Shown one piece after another: positions 35,508 to 50,100 of a DNA stretch of 64,000 nucleotides. A model generated the notes under the pieces. The model did not search any database and was not told the origin of the DNA. It saw nothing but the letters and a program-made list of their open reading frames with translations. Origin of the DNA: Seison nebaliae (lineage: Eukaryota); the NCBI GenBank assembly GCA_023231475.1, contig JALJEE010000748.1, positions 1 to 64,000 on the forward strand, written 5' to 3'. The position numbers and the translations under genes are program-made. Position 1 is the first letter of the stretch, and every line of letters begins with the position of its first letter.

Positions 35508-38500
35508 ATAATAAAAAGAAGAATAACAAGAACCAATTCCAATTTCCATCGTGGATGACTGTAGCCGTTTTATTGATTGACCAAATACAACGACATACGA
35601 TAACTCGGTTACGTCGGTCGTTCGCTCTCCAAATGGAACGTTGTAAAAATAGTGCTTATCGTCTTTGGTTGACATATAGTCCGAATATGGCGAAATTAAT
35701 TAGAAATTTCCCATTGACAAATGTAGCGAATGAACGTGGTCAAATCGTTGGTTGTCGTATGGCGGATTCATATTTGTATGGAATTGATTTTGGAACGATG
35801 TTCGCTTATCGTGGCGCTCTCCATAAACGAATTCCATTAGATGGTGTATCTGATGTTGATGTATCTCCTGCCGTTCCAATTCCGTTGAGGAAGAATGAAG
35901 AATCGAATGTTCACATTCCTCCCGAATCAACTCACGATACTGAAACACAAAGTTGTCATGCTGATGATGTGTATGATGAGATGAGAAAAGAGAATATGGA
36001 AATTGAAGAGTCAATGTTATATGAATTGATATTAGATGAAGAATCCACTGAAATGTTATTGAGATCATCCATTAAAATCATGAGATTTGAGAGGAAATCT
36101 TCCGATCTCCTTCAATCCGTTCTACGATTATTACTTCGATTAACTGCGACGAATATTGAGACAGCTGGAAAATTTATCGAATTAAATGGTATTAGTGAAT
36201 TGTTGAAATTGAAGAAAACGGTGGGATTTCTTGGTTGTATTCGTCTCATTATTCTCATCGTGAGAAATTGTATGGAAGATGATTTCCATTCATTAATTAA
36301 TATCGAACGTTTCGTTCGATTAATGTTCACTGCTGAACGTAATACTATTTCGAATACACCAATCGATTTACCAAATACAGAAAATCGAAGAAAACGAACA
36401 AATAGAAATGATCAATCGAATGATTCGAGTTTCGTTCGAACACCACTTTGTCTTCATCGTGCACATCTTCAAAGATATGATTTCATCGAAGATGAGAATA
36501 CAACACGATCAACATTACGAAGACGGAATGCGATGAAGAGAAAGAAAGATGATAAACCGGTTGATAATCGATATCAACCTGTCATTCGTCCATTAGATCA
36601 TTTTCTCGCTTTTCTCGCACCAGTTCTTTGTCGCAAATTACATGTCGTTTATCATGTCGTCACACAATTATTGAGAAATTCAAAAATTCGTTCATATGAC
36701 AGAAAAATTAATTTAGATCCATCCAAATTACCTGGACATTATTATCAGATTTTATCAGATACTACCGGAAATGAAACATACAAAACTCATCCACCTCTCT
36801 CAACACCTCTCAATGAATTACCAACACCAACAACAGCAACAACAACATCATCGTCAATACCTGCGGATGATTCAATGAATGGAAATGGTGGTGATGGTGG
36901 TAATGATAATGATGGAAATATGATGGAGAATGATAATCAGATGAAAGGAACATATTATTCGAAGCAACGAATTAAACATATTTTTGGTGATTGTTTACCA
37001 TTTAGTGGGAAGATTATTCGAGAACGACAAATCAATGGTAATACAACAGAACAACAACAATTATCGTCTTTGAAGAATTCGTCGATAATTCTGACGAAAG
37101 AATATCTTCAATATATTTATGAATTATTCTATACTTGTTGTCCAGAAGATATCACTCGATTACCACGAAAAGAGGCGACCGTCGAACCATCAATTCCACA
37201 ATCAGTTGCCAGTACTCTACAATTATGTACATGTCGATTACGACGTCAAGATACGATTGATAATATTAATCGATTATTCGCTTTCGTACAACCGGAAGCT
37301 CTCGAACAATTAATTCTCAATCGATTGAATGAAGTAGATAATATGGAAAATATGAAGAAAGTTTTCAATCCAATGAAATTATTAATCTCAACTCACCATC
37401 TTTCTAATGATCATACCATTATTCACGAAACAACGAAATTATTATTTGAACATCTCATTCTAATGAATGATCATCCATCAAATGAATATATTGTCAATCG
37501 ATCTGTTATTCTTCAAATGTTGGGCGAATTTGTTTATGCTTTCATTGACGCTTCTCAAATGATTCTTCCAAAATTATTACAAATTTCAAAAATGGATTCA
37601 ACTCTCATCGATCCCATTACTCTCCATACGAAAAGTCATTCATCGATGACGATTGTTTCATATATTTTGGAGAATGTTCTTCCCGATTGTCCTTCCACAT
37701 TGAAATTTTTATGTTTATTAACATCCGCTCCACATTCCAGTATTTCTATTCATTCAACTATCGTGAATGAAATTAAGAAAACTATACAACATATGGTGGA
37801 GGAGCCGGATTCGTTGAAGAAGTATCGAATCATCAAATCATTTTCTTATCTCATTTACGTGCTCATTTATGACAAATCACAAGTTCTCATGTCACATATA
37901 TGTCGAATGCATCTTCTTCTTATTATGTATCAGAAGAATATTCCCAATCTTTTATGTCTTCTTATATCTAAATTGAATATGGAATATCCACATGTATTAA
38001 GTGCTATTAATGTTCTCATTCTCACTGTGAATTTATTGACGAAAAGTGAATTGACTAATTTCGTTTATCGACAATTCTATTCAGATATATCTGATAATGA
38101 TATCGCTATTCTCACTAATCAGTTGACATTAAATTTACAAAGTCCATCACTTCCTAATAATGCTTCAACTCCCACTCATGTTCCAATCACAACAGCCACC
38201 ACATCTTTCAATAATAAAAGCGAAATAAAACGGAAACGAATGACTAGTAGGAAATTCGATTTCTCCAATTTCTCATCTACCAGTAAACAATCAGTTGATC
38301 CAAATGATTTATATCAATCACCAATTTTACAATCCAATAATCAACTCAACACTGTTATGATGAAATTAATGCAAACAAACAAACAATTTATGGATCGAAA
38401 TGAAATATTCACCGATGAATTAATCAAGAGAGATCTCGCCATTTCCATGAAAAGTAAAATAACAAGATCACGTCAAAGCAGAAATAATATGAATACCGTT

Positions 38501-41500
38501 CTTACAGGTTCGTCTTTTTTATTCTCATTATTCATCTTCTTTATTATCATTAATTCTATTTATATTTTTTCTAAATTATTATCTTCAAACAATTACATAT
38601 ACAGTATATTTCTGTTTCGTTGTCTGTTTTTCTCCATTTTTTTTTTCAAAAAAAATTTTAAGTAAAATTTCATTTATTTTTATCTTTTTCGAACGAGAGA
38701 GATTTATTCTTTCCTCATCCAATTTTTTCTTTTCAATAATTATAAGTAAAACTTCATTTATTTTTATCTTTTTCGATGATTATAATTTGGTCATGAAATA
38801 TTCTCGACAGAGACTTCCTTTTCTCATAGAACATTTTCTTTTCTTTTAATATAATTTTTTAAATATAAATCGAATTTATTTGTTGAGGAATAGCAAAAAA
38901 AAAAGAAAAAAAGAGTTTAGCATTCAAATCGTTTGATGGATTCTTTAGAATCGATAAGTCCAAAAAATAAAAGTCCTTGTGGTGTGTTAATGTTGACTCG
39001 TTTATAACCTTGTTTGTAATTGGTGGGAGTAGGTTGGGGAGTGATTGCATATTTCACTTCACCTGATAATGTCAAGATGGAAACGGCAGCAGCATCTGGA
39101 TCAATAACGATCACATCCTCCGAATTCAACATAGCCACTCCACAACTCATATCGGAAATATTATTATCCATATTATCATTCGTTCGATCACTCTCTTTTG
39201 ATAATGATCGATCGAATTGTTGTACTAAATCAACATCAGCAAAATGAGCATGACGTTTTCTTTGTTCATCATGATTATTATTATTGTTGTTGTTGTTCTT
39301 ATCTAGAGTTAGAGTTGATAGATTAAGACTAGAAGCGATACTAGCAGATTCCAAATATAAATTATGATCATCTACTTGTTCACATTCGTCGACTTGTTGA
39401 ATTTGTTTAGTTTGTGTTGAAACGTCAAATTCTTTTTGTTGTTCCTTCCTCGACATCGACGATGTTATTGTTGATGATTTAACAAGATCATGAATCATTC
39501 GAATATCTGTTTGTGATTCTTTCTCCAAAATGAAATTGTGAATCATTCGCCATCGATATAATTGTGTTCCTCTCTCATAATTGGTGGCTCGATCTTTCAT
39601 CTCCTTTTTCACTTCTTCAATTCTATTGGAATCAACTCTCGTTGGTGTTAATTCATTCTCATCACCATTACCATCATCATCATTACCATCATCATTATCA
39701 TCATTATGAAGTTGATGCCATTGACGTGGTCGACGTCGTTCTTTCTTTCCTTGATTATTTGTTGGAGGAAGTGATATAAGAGATATTTTATCTATTGGTT
39801 TCGACAAATTAGTTCGATCGTCATTTGATGAACATGGTGATAATCGACCGAATTCGATGGAATTACTAAGAAATGTCAAATGGAATTGGAATCCTGTATT
39901 CATATTCGATTCTTTTAATTCATTCCATAACGAGTTGTTGGACATTATATCAAATTTTTCCAAAATCTTCTTTTTCAATAATAATAATTCAACATCGTAA
40001 TTCTCGACGGCCAAATGAGCAAGAGAACAAGTTTGTTTCAATTCTTCTAAATGTCTTTCTACCAATTCCTTCTTTCGTATAATACTATTTCCATCTTCTC
40101 CATAATATTTGTGGAGTTGTTCAATGACTGCCGTTTCACTTTCTCGAATGATTTTCACATATTGTGAAGCAGATTCATGGATCTTATTTTCCGTTTGTAA
40201 CATATGTAATTGACAATCTTTCATGACCATCAAATAATTATTCAATTCATCCATCTCTTTCCTTCCACTATTCAATGCAGCCATTAATGTTGATCGATGT
40301 TGTTTGACTCCTTCATGGAAATCGAGTAATTCATGATCACTATGTTGAGTGAAAGTGCAAATGACACAGACACATTCATCACATCGTTCACAAAAGAATC
40401 GAACATTCTCTGATGGATGAATTGAACAAGTCGCCACACTTTCCATATTCAATTCATAAAAAGTGTGAGTGGCAGTAATACGAAGTGAACGATGTTGTTG
40501 AGAACATTGCTCACACATCAATTTATTACAATCCACACATTTACATGTGGCTAAATTATCGATCTTTTTTGTCTGACGACAAATATCGCAAAAGGATTTG
40601 GGAACGGTGGATCGTCGTTCTTCTCCTTTACGAATCATTTCCGTCAGATTTTTTATAACGAAATTATCTGGTAAAGCATTAACGCCTGATAATGGTATTT
40701 TGGTCTTTTGACGACAGAGTGGACAAGAGAAATCTTTCCCACCAAACTTATAAGAGGAATTGAAAGACTTTCGCGAATTTGAATATATTCCATTCTGGAG
40801 ATGTTCAAGAATACAAACCCCACAGAAACTGTGAAGACATGAAAGTGCTTTCGGATCTTTATATCGTTCCAAGCAGATTTTACATGTTAAGAATTCGTCA
40901 CTAATCTCTTGGGTGAGCGAACGAATGTTGATGGGGTGATTGGCAGTCATAGAAGAAATAGAAGGAAAAAAAATCGCCGTTCACAGACAGACACTCCAAA
41001 AGGTGAAATGATGAATGTGTGGGATAATGAGAGAATATGTGTGTGTGTGTGTGTATGAATTGAAATTGAAAAAATTTACCTATCGATATATCGATGTTCG
41101 TTAGGGGAGTGTGACGTTAATGATGATTTATCCTCGAACATTCAATCTCCCGAAATATTTTGATGATTGTAAATGTGTTTAATTCGACGGAGGCGATACA
41201 TAGTAGCAGATTGATTAGGCCGTTCTTGTTGTTGTTGTTGTTGTTGTTGAGGGAAATGTTAGAATAACAATAAATAAAAATAAATAATGAATCAGTTTGT
41301 TCTCGGACGAATTATTTCCCAAATTTCACTTCCCAATTATGATTGATTTTGGGAGAGATGAGAATCCATCATCATAATCATCGCTTCTTCTTTTCCTTTA
41401 TCCCTTTCAACTTTCTCCTCTGGAAGATGAAGGAACACAACATTAACTGTAATTCAATTCACTCTCCCAATCGAAGACTATTTTATTAATGAGGGAATGG

Positions 41501-44319
41501 TTGAGGAGAAGATTATTCTTCTCCAATTACACATTCCATTCTATTCCATTCAACCAATTCAACCAATTCAATCGTTCACATTCCAATCGCTTTCTTTTGT
41601 GTCTCTCTGTGTTTGTGTGTGTGTGTGTATTTTGTGTAATTGAGAGTGAGTGAAGGTCTTCTGGAACTAAATAAATTCATTTTATTGATCATTTCCACAG
41701 AACTATAATTCATTATGCATTTCCTTCTCCATCTTCTCTATTTCCTAATCTTCACATTTATCTCTTTATCTTTTTTTTCTCTTTTTTTTTTAAATATTAT
41801 TTATATACTCTCAATGTTGTTGTTGTTGTTGTTGTTGGTTGATTGGTGAATAATAATGTATAATTATTTTTTGTGCAGATATCAATGCAGTTTTCAATCC
41901 GAGAGAAAGTCGAAGAAGATTCTCCATCGGTTCTACGTCGTCGAGAGCAACGTTCAATATCGAGAATTATAATGACAGAGATAGAACGTATATTTTTCAA
42001 AGAGAAAATGCTTATGATGAATATCCGGAAACGGATAGTTCAAATTATTCCTCTACATCAGCTGATGGCAATGATGATGATGATGACGACGATGATGATG
42101 ACGATGATGATGATCGTATGGACTTGGATGATAGAGGAGAAAGTGAGAGCGACTTGGAAGAAGAACAATATGTATCGGAACATCCACATGAAAATAGAAG
42201 AGGAAGAGGGAGAGTAGTAGAAAGAATGAGATTTCCAGGTGACCGTGACAATCCTCGAGAATTGTTGTTCGTCGGCAATTTCTCCCAACGAATCTTATCG
42301 TCATCTGAACGATCATTTACTTCAATTTCATCTGATGGTTCGGCGAACACGGAGAATGATTCATCACAATCCTCCATTTCTGGAATATCGGACAATCATG
42401 AGAATCAGGAACAATTAGAACGTCTTCATAATTGTTATAATTTCACCGATTTCTTCGAAGGACCAATTCGTTTGACTTTCCTCACTGGATCCAATTTAAG
42501 TCTTCATGAAGTCGTTTATCAAATCAGAAATCAAGGTGGAATGTTAATGAATCGTTTGAATGATGGTGAAGGAGATGGTGAAGGAGATGAAGATGAAGAT
42601 CAAGAAATGGCTGAAGTTCATGATTCTGAAGATGATGATGATGATGATGATACACATTTGGAAAGTAGTGAAGGAAGTGATGATGGAGAAAGTAGTGACG
42701 ATGATGATGAAGACGAAGAGAATGATGAAGAAGATGATGATGATGAGGAAGAAGAAGAAACAGATCATCATTTATATAATAGTGGATTAATAGGTGCCGA
42801 TAGTTCCACCGATGATGATAATGATCATTTGAATCGGAATAATATTGATAATCGTCATACTGATGAACAAATGGAAGGAAATGAGAATGATGATGCCGAT
42901 TGGAATCATTTGGTTAATTTGGATTCGGTGCCAATGGAAGAATGTCCTCCAATACCAGATGATATAGAAGAGAATCATAATAGTAATAATTATCGATCAC
43001 AACAACATCCATTTCAATCCAATCAACAATCTCAACATCAGAGACCAATGATTGAAGATGATGAAGAAGTGCCGATATATGAAGTAATTGATGATGGACA
43101 TGATGATGATAATGGTAATGGAAATATTAGAAGAGATGAAGATGGTGAAGATTCCGATGCTCCAATTGGACAACCAATCGAAGAATTATATAGTGATATT
43201 GATGATGAGAATGATGAGAATTTGGAAGAGACAACTACTTGGTCATTAAATCCAACAGAATTCCTTAATCAAATGACTTCTGATAATTCATCAAATCATA
43301 TGGTATCATCATCATCTGATACGATCAATCCAACAAATAATAATAATAATAATAATAATAATGATCACATTTTCTCTGAAACATCAACAACAACGAGAAA
43401 TATTCTCGATTTCCTTAATGATAATAGTGAAGATAATGAAGTGAATAATAATGAGGATAATAATGAGAATAATGGAAATGCATCTGGTGATACGACAAGA
43501 GAACGTGAAATGTTAATTCATGTCATTGATGATTTATTGGATCCAGGAATGATGGAATTGGTTCTATCAGGAAATGGAGAAATTGTAGAAGATATCATTC
43601 CACATACACGACATAATGTTGGTGATGATGATAATGGGGCTGATTTTGGAATAAACGAAGATGACGAAGAAGATGATGATCAATTTTCAGAAGAAGATGA
43701 TGATGATACGATAAATGAACAAGATGATGAAGATGAGGAAGATAATGAAAATTCGGAAAGTGACAATTATTCGACACATAGTGAATCATCAAATATTATC
43801 ACGATCGATCCTCGAAATGATGATGACGAAACTTATGATTATGTAGATGAAGATATTAATCCCACAGACAACAATCAACGATATATAGGCGATATTGATG
43901 AACCGATTGAAACGACGTTACATTTCGATCCTCAAGAAGTTCCCACATGGAGTTCACGTCGTCATGATGAAATCTTTCGAGTTTTCCAATTAAATATGAT
44001 CAATCGTCGACGTCGAAGTAATGCTCGTCGATTATTGAATAGTCAAGGACCACCGATGGCACAAGCCTTACAAACTAATATGAATTCATTCAACACTCTT
44101 TATGATTTCTTTAACGATTCTCACACATATCGACCATATCGAACATTATTGAGATATGATGATCGTTTACGATCAAATATCGGTCTCTTAAATGGACATC
44201 GTCATAATCGTAATGGAAGAAGTAGTTTTATACGTTCTTCTCACACTTATTTTCGATTCGATGATGAGAATAATAATAATAATAATGGAAATGGAAATAA
44301 TAATAATAATAATAATGGA

Positions 44320-44356
<37 letters not shown>

Positions 44357-44358
44357 GA

Positions 44359-44392
<34 letters not shown>

Positions 44393-46449
44393 GAGGAAAT
44401 GGTCGTGGAAATATATTTTCACGTCGGAATATGTTGACACCATCATCGACTGGTGGAATGGTGATAACGGATGAAACGAATAATATGAAACAAACACAAT
44501 TCGAGAAACACATTTGGCCAGATAATGATGATGAGATTATTAACGAATTCGCTCAACCATTGACGGTGAATCATTCGATTTTATTAGAGACGTCATTGAA
44601 GAAATTGGAACGATGGCATTTTGGAGATCGAGAAGAGATTTCTGATGAGAAATTAGAGGAACGTAATCGACAGAAAGATGAATGGGGAAGTGAATTAATT
44701 AATGGATATATTAATGCTTTCAAATCACCATCAACCAGTTTAACAGCTGCACCAGGAACATTATCTGCACGAACATCACCAGGTGATGGTTTCTCCATTG
44801 AACATGTTGTGGGAAAGAATGGAAAAATGACTGATCGATATCGATTATGGGATTTGGAAGTGGAACGAATAAAATCGTCGAATGAGAAAACATTTTTCAT
44901 GGCGAACAAACCATTGAAGACAAGATCATTCCGTTATACGGCTGATGAATTTATTCCACCATTCCGAAATGGTTCAGCATCCAAAACGAATATTTGGATC
45001 GATTCTGATGATGATATTAGTGATAATGATCAAAATGATGATGAAATGGCAGTTGAACATACGATCGATGTGAATAATTATACATATCTTGTTTCTGATG
45101 AGAAATTGGAAAAAGGACATGAAACGACTGTGAAGAATTATTATGGATTATGGGCAACAAATGAAATTCTTCGTCCATTATTCAATTTCTTATTAAGAAA
45201 TAGTCCAAGAGATGGAACTTATATTCATTCGTCGTCATGGCAACGATGGAATGAAGCGAGTGCATTATTAGATGGAGCATCTGTTGTTGATGTTGTATCA
45301 ATTATGAGACAATTATTTTGTATTTCTATGACATATTATCATGTGGAAATGAAGAAGATTTTAGGGAATGGAAGAATATTTTGTGGGAAACGATTAGTGA
45401 ATTATAATAGAAAATCAAAAGATAAACGACAATCAAATGACAATATTTCTAATAACAAAACAACAATAACAACTACTACTACTACTACTACAACTACTAC
45501 CAATTCGACAACAACACGATCATCTACTATGTCTAATATTAGAACGGTGAATGTGCAACCAGCAATTGTAACGAATAGAAGAAGTACGAGAAATCGGAGA
45601 ACGAAATCGAAAAGTCAAACGATCAATTCAATTAAAAGCGATGTAGATATGAGTGAAGAAACGGAGAAGATTGTTGGAAGTTATATGACGATCGGACAAC
45701 GAGTTAGTGCGAGAAGAAATAGAGGAAATAAGATGTTGGAAACAACAGTGAAGACACCACCAACACCACGTGAAGTTCATTGGAGGAAGTTGTTGGATTT
45801 GAGATCGAATCAATATTTCTTCACTTATCTTTATTTTACGAGTAAATTTCCCAATGGGAATTCGGGTGAACGTTCTATGTCAACATATATGGAATCTTAT
45901 ATGCTCATGTCGAATAATTGGATGAAGAAATTCGAGAATGTGGACAGACGAAGAAAGGATCAAGAAGAATTCATGAGACGCTTCAAACAAAGTCAATTCT
46001 TCGTTGGTGATCAATTCGTAATGGATACAATCGGAATTAATATGGATGAAATGAAATCAGAAGATGAAGAAGGTAATCTCGATCTGATTATGGGCAAATA
46101 CTTCGAAGAACATCGGGCTGATGATGACGAAGATGAGGATCCATGTTCCGTCTCATTAGATGTCATACAATATCGTTGTGAAATATTTTATACGGAAGAA
46201 CAAAAATTATATCAATCACAAATCATTGAAGAAGGTAAAAGGAAAGTTATGGAAAAGAATCAAATTATTTCTAATGAATTAATCGATTCAAGTGAAAATG
46301 ATAAAAATAATCACAACAATAATAATAATAACAACAACAATAATAATAATAATAACAACAACAATAACAACAACAATAACAACAACAACAATAACAATAA
46401 TAACAATAACGAGAATAATAATGATGATGAAGAATTTCTTTCGAACAAC

Positions 46450-46521
<72 letters not shown>

Positions 46522-47136
46522 CAGAATAATAATAATAATAAGAATAAAGATGATGAAGAAGAAGAGAATGAGGAGGATGAAAATGAAGAGAATATAAAAG
46601 TTTTTGGTGAAACGACTTTAGATGATGAGGATGATGATAGTGAAAATGGAGGAAATGAAATGATGGATGTGAGTGAAATGGAAAATAAAGAAAATGAAAA
46701 TGAAACGAAGGAAGAAAAGAAAGAAGAAAAGAAAGAAGATGATGAGAAGAAAGAAGATGAAGATTATTTTATTTTCAATTATTTCGATCATTCTATCAAA
46801 GTTCCGAATATGGTTGATCGTTCATTTCTCGAAGCATTACCTACGGCTTTGTTGGACGACGTTCTAACACAAGTCAACGTATCATTACCATCAACCAAAG
46901 ATTACGTACCAACCAACATTACCACTACAGTAACATCAACGATTGCATCAATTACATCAGTAGAAGGAAGGACAACAACGTCAACTGATCAATCAGTCGT
47001 TCCTGCGTCGGAAGAAGATATGTCGAATATCATAAGACAGGAATTGAATGATTTTCTTATGGCCTTACCGTTACGTATATTGGAATTCGTTAATCGAAAT
47101 GAAAGAGATCAATCACTTCGAATACAGACTACTTCG

Positions 47137-47169
<33 letters not shown>

Positions 47170-50100
47170 TCCACCATCCCTCCTACTACTTCGACTACTT
47201 CAACGAATTTAGCAGAAATGACTCGATTAGTTAATTCGATGTCACATGAGACAACAACAACAACCATTCCATCAACAAACTCGTCAGCCACTGATCAACC
47301 CGAATGGTTTTTCCAACAAATATTGGATAGAATGGCAAATTCGGAAGCAAATATCTCTTCAACAACAACAACAACATCATTAGTTTCATTGTCGTCATTA
47401 GAAACGATAACAGCAACAACAACAACAAGACCACGAATTAATTTTATTAATAATGAAAATGAAAATTCTTCAAATCAAAATCAATCATCTCAATTATCAC
47501 AAGATTATGGTGATGTATTATTTGAAATAGCGAATCTTCCCATTCCCACAAGTAGAGTCATTCTCTCCGATTCAGAAACATCGATCGATTCTTTATCAAC
47601 ACGAATTCCTTTCCAAACAACAACAACAACAACATCATCTAACGGTTTACCAACAGGACCAATATCATCATCAACAACAACAACAACAACATTATCATCA
47701 TCATCGTCAACAGTTTCCTCAATAACAATGACGTCGTTGAATGCCGCTTTCCGTCAATGTAATGACACTTTCAGTGATGCCACTCAAGTGTTTGTGGATC
47801 GAACGATAAATTATTTGATAGAAACGACAGAAAATTTCATTGAAAATTTAATAGCGATTAATGGAACGTCATTCATTTCTACCATTAACGAAGTGATTAA
47901 TTCGATGACGACGGATTTGGCAAGTGGTGAGAATCGATTTTTAAATATTTTGGAACGTGTACAAAATCCGGAGCATAGTCTCGATGATTTGACACCAGAA
48001 GAACGACGTTTATTTGCTTCTGATATTTTGAATTTATGCAATCGATTATCAGAACATTTGAACGATAATTCTGATACTATTTCAGATGAAGGAAATCCTA
48101 GAGCAATTGTTTCATTAACATCTCTCGATCAACTCACATCAACATCAGGAAATGGTAGTCAACCATTCCGTATTACTTATCCATTCCGTAATGGAACATC
48201 ATCAATTATCACTTCAATTGATGGAACATCAACGAATAATCATCCAACTACTTCTTCCACTCTCATACCACCACCGTTATTTTTATTTTTTTGTTTAAAT
48301 TTTAAAATCTTTTTTTTTCTTTAGAGTATCGATGCCATTACCAAGAATTATTACATCAACACGACAACCAGTCGTATCACAACGACCAAGAGATACATCG
48401 ATGCCATGTGATTTCCTTCGAGATATGCCACAAGCATTACGTCGACAATTAATGGCTGATATGAGAACAGAAGATCTTCAATTCCTTCCATATGATTTGA
48501 GATTGGAAGCAGAATCTGTTATTGATCATGGTGGCGCTGGTGGCGGTGGTGGTGGTGCTGCTGCTGCTCAAGGATATCATGGTTTAATTTCATTCAAAAT
48601 TTTTATTAAATTTAATAAATTTATTTTTTTATTTTTTTACAATTCTTTAAACTCTTTCTCAGCTTTAGATCCTAACAACAACAATAATAATGGAGATGAT
48701 GGTGGTCATATGAGAAATGATCCCTCACAAGATCAACTTCATCGAATGAACGAGAATATGTTTCAGCAAGCACTATCACGAAATAATCGACAATATGTTC
48801 GTCGAGGTGATGGGATAGTTGGTGGACGATTAACACGACAAGTTGGTGGAAGTCGAGAATCTGGTGATCCGAGATATACATCATTAAATTTGAGAACATT
48901 ACGAAATACAATTATTGGAAATAATTATCCACAATTCAGTTTATGTATGTTCTTCTATTATAATTTATTACGATCACGAACATTTTATGCAAATGCTGAA
49001 CGACTCTTTCAGAAGACTCATAAATTTATTTCATTCGAAGATATTTATAATTTCTTAACACTCGTCGATGTTTCAGTACCGATTTCATCTGTTAATGAAA
49101 CATTGAAGACATATAATGGATCGCCATACACATATATCGATTCGAATTGGGGAATCTTTATATCCGACGTGCAAATTATGTTGCCATCAATCATTATGGA
49201 GAATATGAGATATACACGATCATTATTTGGAATTGATGGTGGTGGTGGTGGTGATGGTGGTGGTGATGATGGTGGTGATGATGATGATGGTGATATTGAT
49301 GGTGATGGTGATGGTGGTGATGGTGATGGACCTGGTGATGATAATCATCGAATTATTCCGTCTACAACATCCAATTCGATTGTATCATCAGCTGATAGAC
49401 GAGAAATCGCTCTCGAATTACGACGAGCAATGTTCACCACCACACAAACAGCAACAACAACAACAGTTACAGTAACAACGACAACAACAACGACAACAAC
49501 GAGAAATGAACCGGTTGTTATACCTGGACCTGTTGGGACGAATTTCGCAGAGAATGAGAATGAAAGAAGAATACGAAATGATTATGAAGAGAATTTCCGT
49601 CTCTACAATTGTGTCTTACCAATGTCTGATGTACTTACAACAGAACCACCACCAATATCAGATGAACTAGAATTAAATGAAGAGAATAATACGAGAATTG
49701 ATGAAGTTTTACAACAATTAAGACGAGAAATAACAGCAGCTGAAATAGTGAGAGAAGCAGATAATTTGAATTCAGCATTATCCAATGTTATCAATTCATT
49801 GGAAAGATGGCAAGATAACATCACAACGGTAGTGGACGCATTACAACCAGTTCCATTAGAATCACAAATATTATTTGGAGGTGAATCAACAAGACTTGGA
49901 GGAGGAATAATATCATCAACATCATCATCATCAAATCGTAATAGAAATCATCCAACACAAATTTCTGTTAATCAAACAACATTAACAAATTTAATTCATT
50001 CAACATCTAATCATCCAACAACAACAGGAGTAATAGCAAGAACAACAACAACATCATCATCGGCAGCAAGAACAAGAACAACAAATAGAATAAAACCATC

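Noticed and set aside
42045..49475. Many short poly-Ile/Met/Tyr/Leu/His ORFs in the track
   Set aside because: Off-frame or antisense shadows of the AAT/GAT/ACA microsatellites in HUWE1.
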